Shown: positions 19,973 to 29,435 of the stretch, piece after piece | Numbering within the stretch: the stretch's first letter is position 1 | Layout: the number at the start of each line of letters is the position of its first letter | From: a virus | Direction: 5' to 3' (one strand) | Length of the DNA: 64,000 bases | Virus record (IMG/VR): IMGVR_UViG_3300042505_001173 | Location: 64,001 to 128,000 of that record | The notes under the pieces: model-generated | What the model saw: the letters and a program-made list of their open reading frames with translations, nothing else | Told to the model about the DNA's origin: nothing | Databases searched by the model: none | Translations under genes and position numbers: made by a program

Positions 19973-21457
19973 CTAAAAACTGATACTTTCGTATCTTGGA
20001 GAGTTAACAACCTCCATCATCATACCTTCAGGTGATAAAATCTCATCTTGCTCACCTGTTATATACTTCAAGATATTTGGACTAAAACCTGAAATCATAC
20101 AGGTATTAGGAGTATTATGTACTACTGGAAAATTGCCAGAGTTAGCATTAACATTCCAGAATACTAACTTAGGAATTGTATATCCAGCAATTTCAAATGA
20201 CGATCTAATTGTTTCATAGAACGTTTCAACCGCTGAAGCTTTAATTTGACTACGAGTAATAGCATTAAATTCCATATCAGAAATGATATAAATTGTTCCA
20301 ACCATATCACTAGGTGACAACTGATTAGTAATAGCTGCTTGTAGAATTAATTTAAACACTGCTTCAAGGTCTGTTGACATACCCCATTCAGCGTGTGAAA
20401 GATTATGAACCTTTTCAAAGATATTATTACCTTTTAAATCTTGAATTCTTGGGGTTTCACTAAACGTAATGAATTTGTCACGATATGGACCTTTTGCTCG
20501 TTCAGCAAAATAAATTGCTAACGATATACAAACTTCCATTGGAAGACCTGACATTGAACCACTAACATCAGCTACAACGATAGCGTTACTATCAACATCA
20601 ATTTTTGGTAAGTTTTTCCATAAAATTTCTGCTTCATCTGGTTTAATGTCACTTGTCCAATTGTTTAAAATTTTACCAACGATTTGATATGGATATAAAG
20701 TACTAGCGTTAACATGAACTTTCCCGTCTTTAGCTAATGTAATAAATTCTTCATAACGGGTAGCATCATTTCTTGCAAATGCTTTGCGATGTTTTAGTAA
20801 ACATTGACTTGGTAACTTAGAATAAGTAATGGTATCCCATTGTTTAGCACTCATACGATTTTCAGCAACTTCAAGATATCTGTTCAAATTTGAACATAAT
20901 TTACGATAATCTTTTGATGATAGCCCAAAAGCTTTACGCGTTAAATTACCTAATCGGACTGATTCTTTACTTGAAGTATTGATACGTTTTAACCATTTAC
21001 CTAAAATTGAAATAGGTTGATTTGATGTGATACCCTCAAGATCTCTACGTGATTGATCTTTCATTAAACTAAAAGCATATGATTCACAAGGTGTACCGAC
21101 AACTGAATAAAGATCATCCCATCTTCCGTATTCAGCAACGAGGTCTAATAGGTTTTTTGTTTGATCTGGGTAGTTACGAGCAAGCCATTCTAATTGAATA
21201 CGAAATGGTCTTCTTTGACCTTGACCACCACGAATATCTCTAAACATGTACATTAACCGTACAGCAATTGTCTTTTCTTGTGCAAATGCACGTGTAAACA
21301 AACTTAAAATTTCACTTTCGGTTCTTGATCTAATTGATCCACCTTGAGCAAAGAAATCAACACAATTGTTTAAAGATGAATGGTTAGTAATAGCACCGTT
21401 TTGTGTTGTTGAATGATTCATTTGATTTGAAATCGCTGATAAGAATTTTTCGGTCAT
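19973..21457 (-). CDS. Ro60/TROVE-like protein with C-terminal vWA domain (DUF2828 type)
   Basis: TQNGA, RDIRGGQG, YGRWDDL, GKWL, TLYPY; MIDAS DVSGSM...STD...ISDMEF, VFWN; start set at MTEKF after GGAG. Confidence 0.85.
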   Translation of the reverse strand: MTEKFLSAISNQMNHSTTQNGAITNHSSLNNCVDFFAQGGSIRSRTESEILSLFTRAFAQEKTIAVRLMYMFRDIRGGQGQRRPFRIQLEWLARNYPDQTKNLLDLVAEYGRWDDLYSVVGTPCESYAFSLMKDQSRRDLEGITSNQPISILGKWLKRINTSSKESVRLGNLTRKAFGLSSKDYRKLCSNLNRYLEVAENRMSAKQWDTITYSKLPSQCLLKHRKAFARNDATRYEEFITLAKDGKVHVNASTLYPYQIVGKILNNWTSDIKPDEAEILWKNLPKIDVDSNAIVVADVSGSMSGLPMEVCISLAIYFAERAKGPYRDKFITFSETPRIQDLKGNNIFEKVHNLSHAEWGMSTDLEAVFKLILQAAITNQLSPSDMVGTIYIISDMEFNAITRSQIKASAVETFYETIRSSFEIAGYTIPKLVFWNVNANSGNFPVVHNTPNTCMISGFSPNILKYITGEQDEILSPEGMMMEVVNSPRYESISF

Positions 21458-21467
21458 TTTGTACTCC

Positions 21468-22198
21468 AAGACATTAATTGTTAAATTGCGGATACTGTCT
21501 TTATAACTAGATGCATAAGTCATTTTCAATAATGAGTTGTTTAATTGCTGGAAGCATCTATAAGTGTTTAGGTTTTACCCTAAAAATATAAACTTGAAAC
21601 AAACTTATATTTTTAAGATCGAATGTTCCAACCAATACACCTCTAAGTCTGTCAGGACTTAGTTTATTTCATGGAGACTATTTTTAATCGCTGTATGTGC
21701 GGTTATTGGAACACCCAATTTTTAAAAATATAGACCTGTTTTTAGCAACCCACATTCATTCCAATAAGATTAGATATGTAATTGCTGTAAGTGAGTTTTA
21801 TAACAGGTCTACATCTGTACATCAATATGAGGTTTTTCACGATGATCGATCACTTATTGTGACCATCAAACGTTTAACCTCTCTGCATTAAAATTATATG
21901 CTGTACTACACCTACTTGGAGGTGCCATCTTAAACCAAGATGGAGCAAGATCTTATTAACATTTTCGATTATTGCTGTTAAGATCTTTGATAAAAGAGCG
22001 GTCACGATCTAAATTTAACATTTGCAGTGTTTATAAAATTGCTGTTGAGATCGTTGATTTTACTAATAACTTTCAAGACCTTATTCACGTTTTCGAGTAT
22101 GAGTCGATTATTGTTGCAGTTAAGGTCTTACGTAAACTAGATTCTGTTTATGTGTTCAGATTAGAGGTCTGATATTAAATGGTTGCTGTTCGAATCTA
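21468..22198 (-). ncRNA. Array of 8-9 divergent hairpin RNA units with ACAGCAA motif (Y-RNA-like candidates)
   Basis: Units with terminal inverted stems at 22138-22198, 22075-22129, 22004-22054, 21947-21987, 21731-21811, 21624-21713, 21508-21560, 21468-21501; partial unit ~21817-21906. Confidence 0.75.
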
Positions 22199-22205
22199 TA
22201 AAACG

Positions 22206-22234
22206 TATTATAATGATCTAAAAAAATTAAATCA
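22206..22234 (-). promoter_or_regulatory. Sigma70-type promoter for the hairpin array and TROVE gene
   Basis: TTGATT-17 nt-TATAAT; predicted +1 falls at the start of the first hairpin. Confidence 0.8.
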
Positions 22235-22248
22235 ACTATATCTTTAAA

Positions 22249-23202
22249 TTAATACGCTTCAAGCCAGCTACCTGACAACCCACCTTTAACATACGAGGTA
22301 GGTTTACTTTCAAAGAAGTTTGTATGCTCAGGTGAGCCAATTAATTCATCAAACCACGGTACAGGATTATCTTTAACATTAAAGTTACCTTTGAACCCCA
22401 TTTGAATCAAACGACGATCTAACAAATATTTCATATATTCTTTAACATCGTTTTTAGGTAAACCTTCAATGTCACCCATTTCATACGCTAATTCAATGAA
22501 TTTTTCATCTAATTCGTAGAATTTACGAGAAATATCATAAACTTGTTTTTTAAACTCATCGTTGACGATACGAGGATGTTCATCAATATACGTTCTAAAC
22601 AGCATAATCAAACCTTCACAATGTGCTTGCTCATCAATGATAGACCATAGATTAACTTCACTCATACCTTTAAACAAACCACGTCTTGAGAAGTTTAATA
22701 GCATGATGAACGTTCCAAATAATGAAACACCTTCAGAAAACACATTCTTAACTAACGATAAAGCTTTACCTTTATGAGTCGAGGTATCGTTATCACCCAT
22801 AAAATCAATCTTGCTATACATTTGCTCATATTCTAAGAATGCTTCAAAATCTGATTCAGGTAAATTTAAAGTAGTCAATAAAGCTGAGTAAGCTCTTTGA
22901 TGTACACCTTCACGAGCTGCAAACGATAAAAGCATTTGTTGAATTTCGTTATTTTTAAATGTAGGTATCAAATTATTCGTATACATTGAAGCAACTTGCG
23001 CGTCACTCTGAGTAAAGAACTTTAAGATCTGATGAATCAGATTCTTTTCTTGAGGAGTGAGGTTGTTTTGCCAATCAGCAACATCTGGACTAAAATCCGT
23101 TTCCTCATGTGTCCAATGTGAACGTTCCGATTGAAGAGCCATCTCAACAGCCCATGGGTAGCTAAAAGGTTTGTATGTTTTACTTACTTCTAATACTGAC
23201 AT
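22249..23202 (-). CDS. nrdB: Ribonucleotide reductase class Ia beta subunit
   Basis: FFTQSD, REGVHQRAY, EGVSLF, DEQAH, NFFE. Confidence 0.95.
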   Translation of the reverse strand: MSVLEVSKTYKPFSYPWAVEMALQSERSHWTHEETDFSPDVADWQNNLTPQEKNLIHQILKFFTQSDAQVASMYTNNLIPTFKNNEIQQMLLSFAAREGVHQRAYSALLTTLNLPESDFEAFLEYEQMYSKIDFMGDNDTSTHKGKALSLVKNVFSEGVSLFGTFIMLLNFSRRGLFKGMSEVNLWSIIDEQAHCEGLIMLFRTYIDEHPRIVNDEFKKQVYDISRKFYELDEKFIELAYEMGDIEGLPKNDVKEYMKYLLDRRLIQMGFKGNFNVKDNPVPWFDELIGSPEHTNFFESKPTSYVKGGLSGSWLEAY

Positions 23203-23231
23203 ATTATTTTCCTTAATTTACTGTTCGTGTA

Positions 23232-23474
23232 CTACGCGTGAACATCGATAATTTGTGATTGAAAAAACGGCACTAACTGTATGTTACCATTCTGTATTGT
23301 GTAGCTGACAATTTCAACAGAATTTGAACCATCAACTTTTGGGTGTCCGTTATACCCGAGAACTACATCAGAAAATTGAACTAAATCAGTACTGATGTTT
23401 GGCATATAATGACATCTAATAGATGGTGAATACATACTCACCGGTAAAACACTAGCATTAATTGCGGTAGACAT
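23232..23474 (-). CDS. Hypothetical protein
   Basis: ORF in the nrd cluster. Confidence 0.5.
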   Translation of the reverse strand: MSTAINASVLPVSMYSPSIRCHYMPNISTDLVQFSDVVLGYNGHPKVDGSNSVEIVSYTIQNGNIQLVPFFQSQIIDVHA

Positions 23475-23482
23475 AACTAAAC

Positions 23483-23905
23483 CTATTTGTTTAAATAATT
23501 TGCGACTGATTTAAGATCTGAAAACGATTTTGCACCGTTTTCAGATACCATTTTAGATACAGCTTCCAATGACTTCAATTGACCTTTATCAAACGTTTTA
23601 CCACCATCTGATTCAAGCACACAAAACACTGTTTTATTTGGTCTTTTGTTTGAATCGTCAACTACTTCTGCTACCGAATAAACACCTGACATTTTCGGTG
23701 TTAGTACGTATAATACATGATCGCATATTTTACGCTGTTTTAGTTCTTCTTGGTAGCATTCTTCTGTCCAATCATCTACAACTGGATTGAAGTAATCGAT
23801 TCTTAACAGTTTGATTAATTCATCCCGCCATGTACTTTCATTACAAGTACCACCTAAAAATACCGACACCTTTGATTTACCTTCAGCTATATCTGTTAAT
23901 TTCAT
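23483..23905 (-). CDS. Nucleoside 2-deoxyribosyltransferase-like protein
   Basis: VFLGGTCNESTWR, YFNPVVDDW, GVYSVAE. Confidence 0.8.
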   Translation of the reverse strand: MKLTDIAEGKSKVSVFLGGTCNESTWRDELIKLLRIDYFNPVVDDWTEECYQEELKQRKICDHVLYVLTPKMSGVYSVAEVVDDSNKRPNKTVFCVLESDGGKTFDKGQLKSLEAVSKMVSENGAKSFSDLKSVANYLNK

Positions 23906-23913
23906 AATTTGCG

Positions 23914-25806
23914 TTATGCGTGGCAAGATGTACATTCTACTTTATCTACTTCTTGACTTTCATAATCTTTTAATGCTGTGCGTTGAATTTTACCTGAAAC
24001 CGTTTCAAATGTATCGCTTTTATTAGCACGTAAATAATATAGAGTTTTCAATGGGTCACCAGGTAAAGCTGGATCTTTTGAAAACGCTCTCAAATGAATC
24101 TGGTTCAATGTACGTCTTGAAACACCTTCGTTCAAATAAAGATTAACTGAACATGCTTGATCGATATGCGCTTGTCTAATACGAGCTTGATCAACTACAT
24201 AATTTTGATCAATTTCAGTAGCAATTTTATACAGCTTTTGCTCTTCAGCGGTAAAGATATCATCCATACCTTGGATAGAACCATTATTTTGTAAAATACT
24301 GAGCCAAATATCATTCACGTTAAGATTTTTTTCATCAGCAATACGAATAATATCTTGTTCAAGAAATTTATTTTTAACTGTATAACTTCCAATACGTGTT
24401 CTATGTACATAAATGTTAGCTCTGATAGCTTCAATTGACGCACTCGTTTGACAAATAATTGAACTATTAGCATTAGGTGCATACGCAATACGATGAGCGT
24501 TGCGTACACCGTAACCTTTTAAATATTCAGGTTCACCACGTTCTGCTGCTAATTGTTTAGATGCTGCTAAAGATCTCTCATCTATTAATTTAGAATGTGT
24601 ATGGGCCCACTGTGCAGCTGAACCAACACCACCAGATTCAAATGGAATTTTATTCTTCATTAGGTAGTTGTGCCAACCCATATAACCAAGACCAATATCC
24701 CGTGAATTTCTGGCAGATCTTACAGCTTTATGTAATTCATCAGAAGCATAATCAACAAACCATTGTAGTACATTATCTAAGAAACGTGTACAATCTTCAA
24801 TAATTTTAGAATCTTTCCATTCGTCGTATTTTTCACCGTTGATACTTAATAAGCAGCAAATAGCTGTATGCAGCTCATCGATTATTAAAATGATTTCTGT
24901 GCATATATTAGAAGCTTTAACACTATATCCGCGCGCTTTTAGAGCTGGATGTAATTTATTATTAGATTCTTCAACATTATGAATATATGGTTCACCTGTT
25001 AAGAATCTTGTTTCTAATATTGATTGCCATAATTCACGTGCTTTAACAGTATGTACTACTTCTTTTGAATGTGGATCAGTTAAGTTCCAATCAGCATCTG
25101 CTTCAACAGCATCTAAAAATGCGTATGTAATGTTTACTGCGTTGTTAACATTGAATGCTTTACGATTTAAATCTGAACCACCTGATGGTACACGGACACC
25201 TAAAAACTCAATTAAATCTGGGTGTGTAATATCCAAATAACCAGCAACAGTACCACGACGTGTACCAGCTTGATGATAATATAAGATGTTACTATCCATC
25301 GTTTTGAGATAGGGAATCGCACCTGGCGATTTTTCAGTAATACCTCTCATACCTAGATACTGACCGACACCACCACCTATTGTTGATAAATGAGCTAATT
25401 CTTTCGCTGACTCAATTTGACCATTTAATGAATCGGGCACCATTGTAATGAAACATGATATCGGCATCGCACGAACTGTTTCATCTGTAGTGAAAGCAGT
25501 TTTTCTATGAACAATATCTTCTTCTGAATACCCCCATTTATCTACTAATGTATGCCACATTCCTTTTACTGAATTAGAAATAATTGGACTTGAAAAGCAT
25601 GCATGTTGATCTGATACATAATTATACATTCGTTGCGCAAATTCATAATCACCGTAACAGAAATTAGTAGCTGCTCTTGCGAATGCGTACTGAGGACTAT
25701 TCTCGTCCGGCTTCAAATAATGTTTCTTAAGTAGCTCCAATGGAAATTCATCATATGTTTCATCTTTAGATAAGTCAATCTCGATTCCTAGATATTGTTG
25801 TTTCAT
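23914..25806 (-). CDS. nrdA: Ribonucleotide reductase class Ia alpha subunit
   Basis: PISCF, GGGVG, SNICTEI, APNANSS, TLYYLR, C-terminal CTSCHA. Confidence 0.97.
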   Translation of the reverse strand: MKQQYLGIEIDLSKDETYDEFPLELLKKHYLKPDENSPQYAFARAATNFCYGDYEFAQRMYNYVSDQHACFSSPIISNSVKGMWHTLVDKWGYSEEDIVHRKTAFTTDETVRAMPISCFITMVPDSLNGQIESAKELAHLSTIGGGVGQYLGMRGITEKSPGAIPYLKTMDSNILYYHQAGTRRGTVAGYLDITHPDLIEFLGVRVPSGGSDLNRKAFNVNNAVNITYAFLDAVEADADWNLTDPHSKEVVHTVKARELWQSILETRFLTGEPYIHNVEESNNKLHPALKARGYSVKASNICTEIILIIDELHTAICCLLSINGEKYDEWKDSKIIEDCTRFLDNVLQWFVDYASDELHKAVRSARNSRDIGLGYMGWHNYLMKNKIPFESGGVGSAAQWAHTHSKLIDERSLAASKQLAAERGEPEYLKGYGVRNAHRIAYAPNANSSIICQTSASIEAIRANIYVHRTRIGSYTVKNKFLEQDIIRIADEKNLNVNDIWLSILQNNGSIQGMDDIFTAEEQKLYKIATEIDQNYVVDQARIRQAHIDQACSVNLYLNEGVSRRTLNQIHLRAFSKDPALPGDPLKTLYYLRANKSDTFETVSGKIQRTALKDYESQEVDKVECTSCHA

Positions 25807-26277
25807 TATTAGTCTCAGTAAGGGTGTAAATAATTTATGCCGTTTATAATTATGTATTCCATTACTTAATTATCTGTGTCATCCTTGACGTATAGTATAA
25901 CATATTTTTATCAAAATTAAAATATATATTTTGCTATACCTTTAGATAATATGTAGGTTCCTGCAATTGTTAATTCTTGTAATACTATTAACCTATTAGA
26001 GATTATAGTATGGATATGTTATTGTTTTATTACGGTTATGGTGTTAATGATTGTGGTTTTATTTATTGTTCTTTTTACTTGTTTTAACCCGGGTACATCA
26101 CACGATTTATTTTGATTAGCTATTATAGTGGTGATGTAACTTGTTTGTGATTTACCGTTTATGGTTTGAGCTATTCTATAGTTATTACTCACGACATTGA
26201 AATAATAGTTGTTAAATATCGCTTTCGATGATATAATATCATGTACCATAAAATAAAAACAGAGGTTAAATCACTAT

Positions 26278-27996
26278 ATGTTAGATCATCTTGTAAACCG
26301 GAAAATTAACGCCATCACCTTCAAGTATGACAAGAACAAACAAATGTTTCTTGATCATGTTGCTGAAAAATGGGTAGAAAAGATCCCACGTAACAAAACA
26401 TACACAGAAACATATGAAAAATATCGCACATGGTCAATTTATAGATTGAATGACTATGTAGAGGTACTATTAAAAAATAATGCTGTCGCTGAATCGATTG
26501 ATATTAAGCCACAATCAGCAAAAGTAAAAGATTCAATAGAAACAGGTAAAAGATTCAAGTTACGATATCAAAATCTTGTTGATTCGTTAAAAGTACCTGA
26601 CCCTATTAAGTTTAGTAATATTCGTGCAAGGTTACCAATCGGTTTATCTGATTCAGATATTATGCAAGCATTAGTTGAGTTTAAAAACAAGACAGGTGAT
26701 ACAAAATTTGTTTTAGATATTGATTATGCTAAAGCTATCTTAAGTACTATTATCATTACGTACTCTCAGTATAAATTATCATTAAGAAAAATGACATATG
26801 AGCCAAGATATCGCGAGAAAAAAGGGTATGTTCAATGTTCATGGAATCTATTACGTCATACATGTTCAAATGGCTACCCAAAATATTTAAAAGCATTGCA
26901 AGATGCTGGTATCGTTGAATGTGATGGTGTATATGCTAACTGGGGTGATAATAAGAAAGCTTATAGTTATAAAATCAATGATAGGTACTTTGAAACAACA
27001 GGTTCGCAAAAATATCGTTTTGACGATTATAACAATTATCATATCAGATATACACAATTATTGTATAAAATGGAGTATCGCAGAAAACAACGCGAAACAA
27101 AAAATGAATTCCATACTCAAATGATCGAGGATGTAGAAACATTGATTGCTCCTATTGATACAGTACAAATGGCTAAAGATTTTGAATCTAATAAGTATGC
27201 GTTCTATAATGTAAAAACTGAAGAAGAATTAGAAGCAAAATTAAAAAAATCAGAAACATTAACAATTGAAGATTTCGTTACATCTGTTGAACATATTCAA
27301 ACTAATGGCGCATATTTTAATGTTTCAGATGATTTTGGTGGTAGATTTCATAGTCCATTCACTAATCTTAAATCTGTTATTCGTAATCATGTCCAATATA
27401 ATGACATGAAATATATCAATATTGATATTAGCAATTCACAGATGATTGTTTTATCTACAATTATGGATAATCCAAAATTAGCTAAACGTTTGTTAACTAA
27501 TGTAAAATTCGGTGATCAAGATTCAGATAAGCTTATCAATGCTGTTGAATTGATTAACGGGTTAGAAGATGTTAAAAACTTTTGCGAAAAAGCAAAAACA
27601 GGTGAGATATACGAAACAGTTGCTGAGCATTTAGGAACAGACAGACAACAAGCTAAAATCAATTTATTGAGTATACTTTTCAGTAATGAAGATCAATTCA
27701 AACGCATCAAAACGAAAATGCAAGAATTATATCCATCATTGATTAAGTTATCAAATCAATTAAATTGTGTAAACGGTATACATTATCTTCCAATGTTATG
27801 TCAACGTTTTGAATCAGAACTATTCATCAATACAATTGTAAAAGAATTCTTCAAACATAAAAAATATCCTGCAATTACTATCCATGATTCAATCATGGTT
27901 CATCCAGAAGATTACGAAAAATTCATGTTAGTATACAAAAATGAATTTTCAAAATTAGGTCTTACATCGTTTCAAGTAAAGGTGGAGCAATACTAA
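26278..27996 (+). CDS. Family-A/T7-like polymerase-fold protein (TV-Pol-like), possible primase or replication initiator
   Basis: GGRFHS, motif A IDISNSQ, RQQAK, QRFES, motif C TIHDS; no exonuclease domain seen. Confidence 0.7.
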   Translation: MLDHLVNRKINAITFKYDKNKQMFLDHVAEKWVEKIPRNKTYTETYEKYRTWSIYRLNDYVEVLLKNNAVAESIDIKPQSAKVKDSIETGKRFKLRYQNLVDSLKVPDPIKFSNIRARLPIGLSDSDIMQALVEFKNKTGDTKFVLDIDYAKAILSTIIITYSQYKLSLRKMTYEPRYREKKGYVQCSWNLLRHTCSNGYPKYLKALQDAGIVECDGVYANWGDNKKAYSYKINDRYFETTGSQKYRFDDYNNYHIRYTQLLYKMEYRRKQRETKNEFHTQMIEDVETLIAPIDTVQMAKDFESNKYAFYNVKTEEELEAKLKKSETLTIEDFVTSVEHIQTNGAYFNVSDDFGGRFHSPFTNLKSVIRNHVQYNDMKYINIDISNSQMIVLSTIMDNPKLAKRLLTNVKFGDQDSDKLINAVELINGLEDVKNFCEKAKTGEIYETVAEHLGTDRQQAKINLLSILFSNEDQFKRIKTKMQELYPSLIKLSNQLNCVNGIHYLPMLCQRFESELFINTIVKEFFKHKKYPAITIHDSIMVHPEDYEKFMLVYKNEFSKLGLTSFQVKVEQY

Positions 27997-27997
27997 A

Positions 27998-28360
27998 ATG
28001 ACAACGTTCTATAATAACAACTCATGGAACTGTACAAAAAATAACGCATTGTTTTATTTGTACTTAAATGATTCAATAATGTTCAAGATAGATGAGCAAA
28101 CATATGGATGCGAATTTTATAATTATGATGCTAGTTTTAAAAACCGTAAACAAGTAGAAGCATTATTTGATACATCGATTGACATGATATCTCCTTATAA
28201 TATTGTTGAATTATGCGAAACAATGAAAGGTACTATATACGAGAATAAAGATATGCCAAACGATTCAAATTCAGGAACTTATAAATTTGAAAAATTAAAT
28301 TTAGATAGTTCTACCTTACGTAGAATGATGGATGGAGATATAGCATATTATGCAGCATGA
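27998..28360 (+). CDS. Hypothetical protein
   Basis: ORF immediately downstream of the polymerase-like gene. Confidence 0.6.
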   Translation: MTTFYNNNSWNCTKNNALFYLYLNDSIMFKIDEQTYGCEFYNYDASFKNRKQVEALFDTSIDMISPYNIVELCETMKGTIYENKDMPNDSNSGTYKFEKLNLDSSTLRRMMDGDIAYYAA

Positions 28361-28589
28361 TATTGATGGACCTAATTACAAAACTGATTACAAAACTGAT
28401 TACGATAGATTACACGGATTAATATCGTTAGGTATTTTAAAGAAAGATGAGCTGTATGATACTGGAACGTATCAAGATGTGATTGATAGCGCAATCGAAA
28501 ATTTAACGTGCTTGCAATCATATGCGACCGATGAAGCTGAAACAATGATATCGAATTCATTTAATCGGGGTTCAGCTTATTTGTGGTAA
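28350..28589 (+). CDS. Hypothetical protein
   Basis: ORF; GGAG RBS. Confidence 0.6.
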   Translation: MQHDIDGPNYKTDYKTDYDRLHGLISLGILKKDELYDTGTYQDVIDSAIENLTCLQSYATDEAETMISNSFNRGSAYLW

Positions 28590-28597
28590 AGGGGTAA

Positions 28598-28625
28598 GAA
28601 GGGCGAATTAATCGCCCTTCAAAAA
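28598..28625 (-). terminator. Terminator between convergent genes
   Basis: GAAGGGCGA-ATTAA-TCGCCCTTC. Confidence 0.7.
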
Positions 28626-29357
28626 TTACTTTAATGATAACGATCTATCAAATGCATCAATATAATAATCGTGTAATTTGTCTAAGTAATTAGAATTTCG
28701 TAAATCTTTAAATACTAAATTTTCAATTGAGAACTCACCGCCTCGTTCGAGTCCAGCTTGTCTCATATTTTTGATTTTTTTACGAAGTTCTTTAATTTTA
28801 GCGCAATTTTTACTATCTTTAAATCCGTCAATGCGTTGTTTTAAAGCTTGTGATTTTACATTGATAGCGTATTCGTTTACTTCACGTTCAATTCCTTTTT
28901 TACGTTTGGGTTGAGTAACCCATTCGTCATTTTGCAAGCTGTACACGCCAGTTGAATGGTGTGGCTCATCTTCTAGTTGTGTATAAACTTCAACAGGAAA
29001 ATTAAAGATTGTAATATCGTGTAAATCATTCCATATCTGATTTTTATCTTTTAATATATCAGCTAATTCAAACCCGCATTCACCGCAGTCTGAGTCACTT
29101 TTATTAATTATAACATGAACATCGATATCTGAAAATCTGGTATAGTTATAATTTGCTAAACTACCAGTCATTACGATGTCAGTTATATGATACATAGGAT
29201 CAAGATCTAAATTTTCAAAATATAAGTTAGCAATTTTTAACAATTGACGTCTTACTTTTGCTTTTAGTTTGTTGTTGTCCCATAATCTTGAATTTAATTC
29301 AGAATGATATTCGAAACTGTATGATTCGATTAAGAATTGTGTTAATGATTGTTTCAT
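28626..29357 (-). CDS. Pol-beta superfamily nucleotidyltransferase
   Basis: GSLANYNY..SDIDVH (GS-DxD), PVEVY, GVYS, ENLVFK. Confidence 0.8.
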   Translation of the reverse strand: MKQSLTQFLIESYSFEYHSELNSRLWDNNKLKAKVRRQLLKIANLYFENLDLDPMYHITDIVMTGSLANYNYTRFSDIDVHVIINKSDSDCGECGFELADILKDKNQIWNDLHDITIFNFPVEVYTQLEDEPHHSTGVYSLQNDEWVTQPKRKKGIEREVNEYAINVKSQALKQRIDGFKDSKNCAKIKELRKKIKNMRQAGLERGGEFSIENLVFKDLRNSNYLDKLHDYYIDAFDRSLSLK

Positions 29358-29388
29358 AATTGTTTTTTCTAAATTGTGATAAACAACA

Positions 29389-29396
29389 TATTTATA
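29389..29396 (-). promoter_or_regulatory. T4-type late promoter
   Basis: Exact TATAAATA ~30 nt upstream of the start; gp55 is encoded in the window. Confidence 0.7.
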
Positions 29397-29435
29397 TGAG
29401 AATCAGTATAGATAACGTATAACTATTAAGCTATC

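Noticed and set aside
21458-21529. N-terminal extension of the TROVE ORF
   Set aside because: Overlaps two hairpin units; the ATG at 21457 has a GGAG RBS.
21697-22172. Plus-strand ORFs 21697-21891 and 21972-22172
   Set aside because: Antisense to the structured array, no RBS or recognisable motifs; likely spurious.
21468-22198. CRISPR array interpretation of the repeated units
   Set aside because: No identical direct repeats, irregular unit lengths and no cas genes; conservation is structural plus a 7-nt motif.
26019-26249. 76-aa minus-strand ORF
   Set aside because: Low-complexity I/N/T composition in an AT-rich intergenic region; no support.
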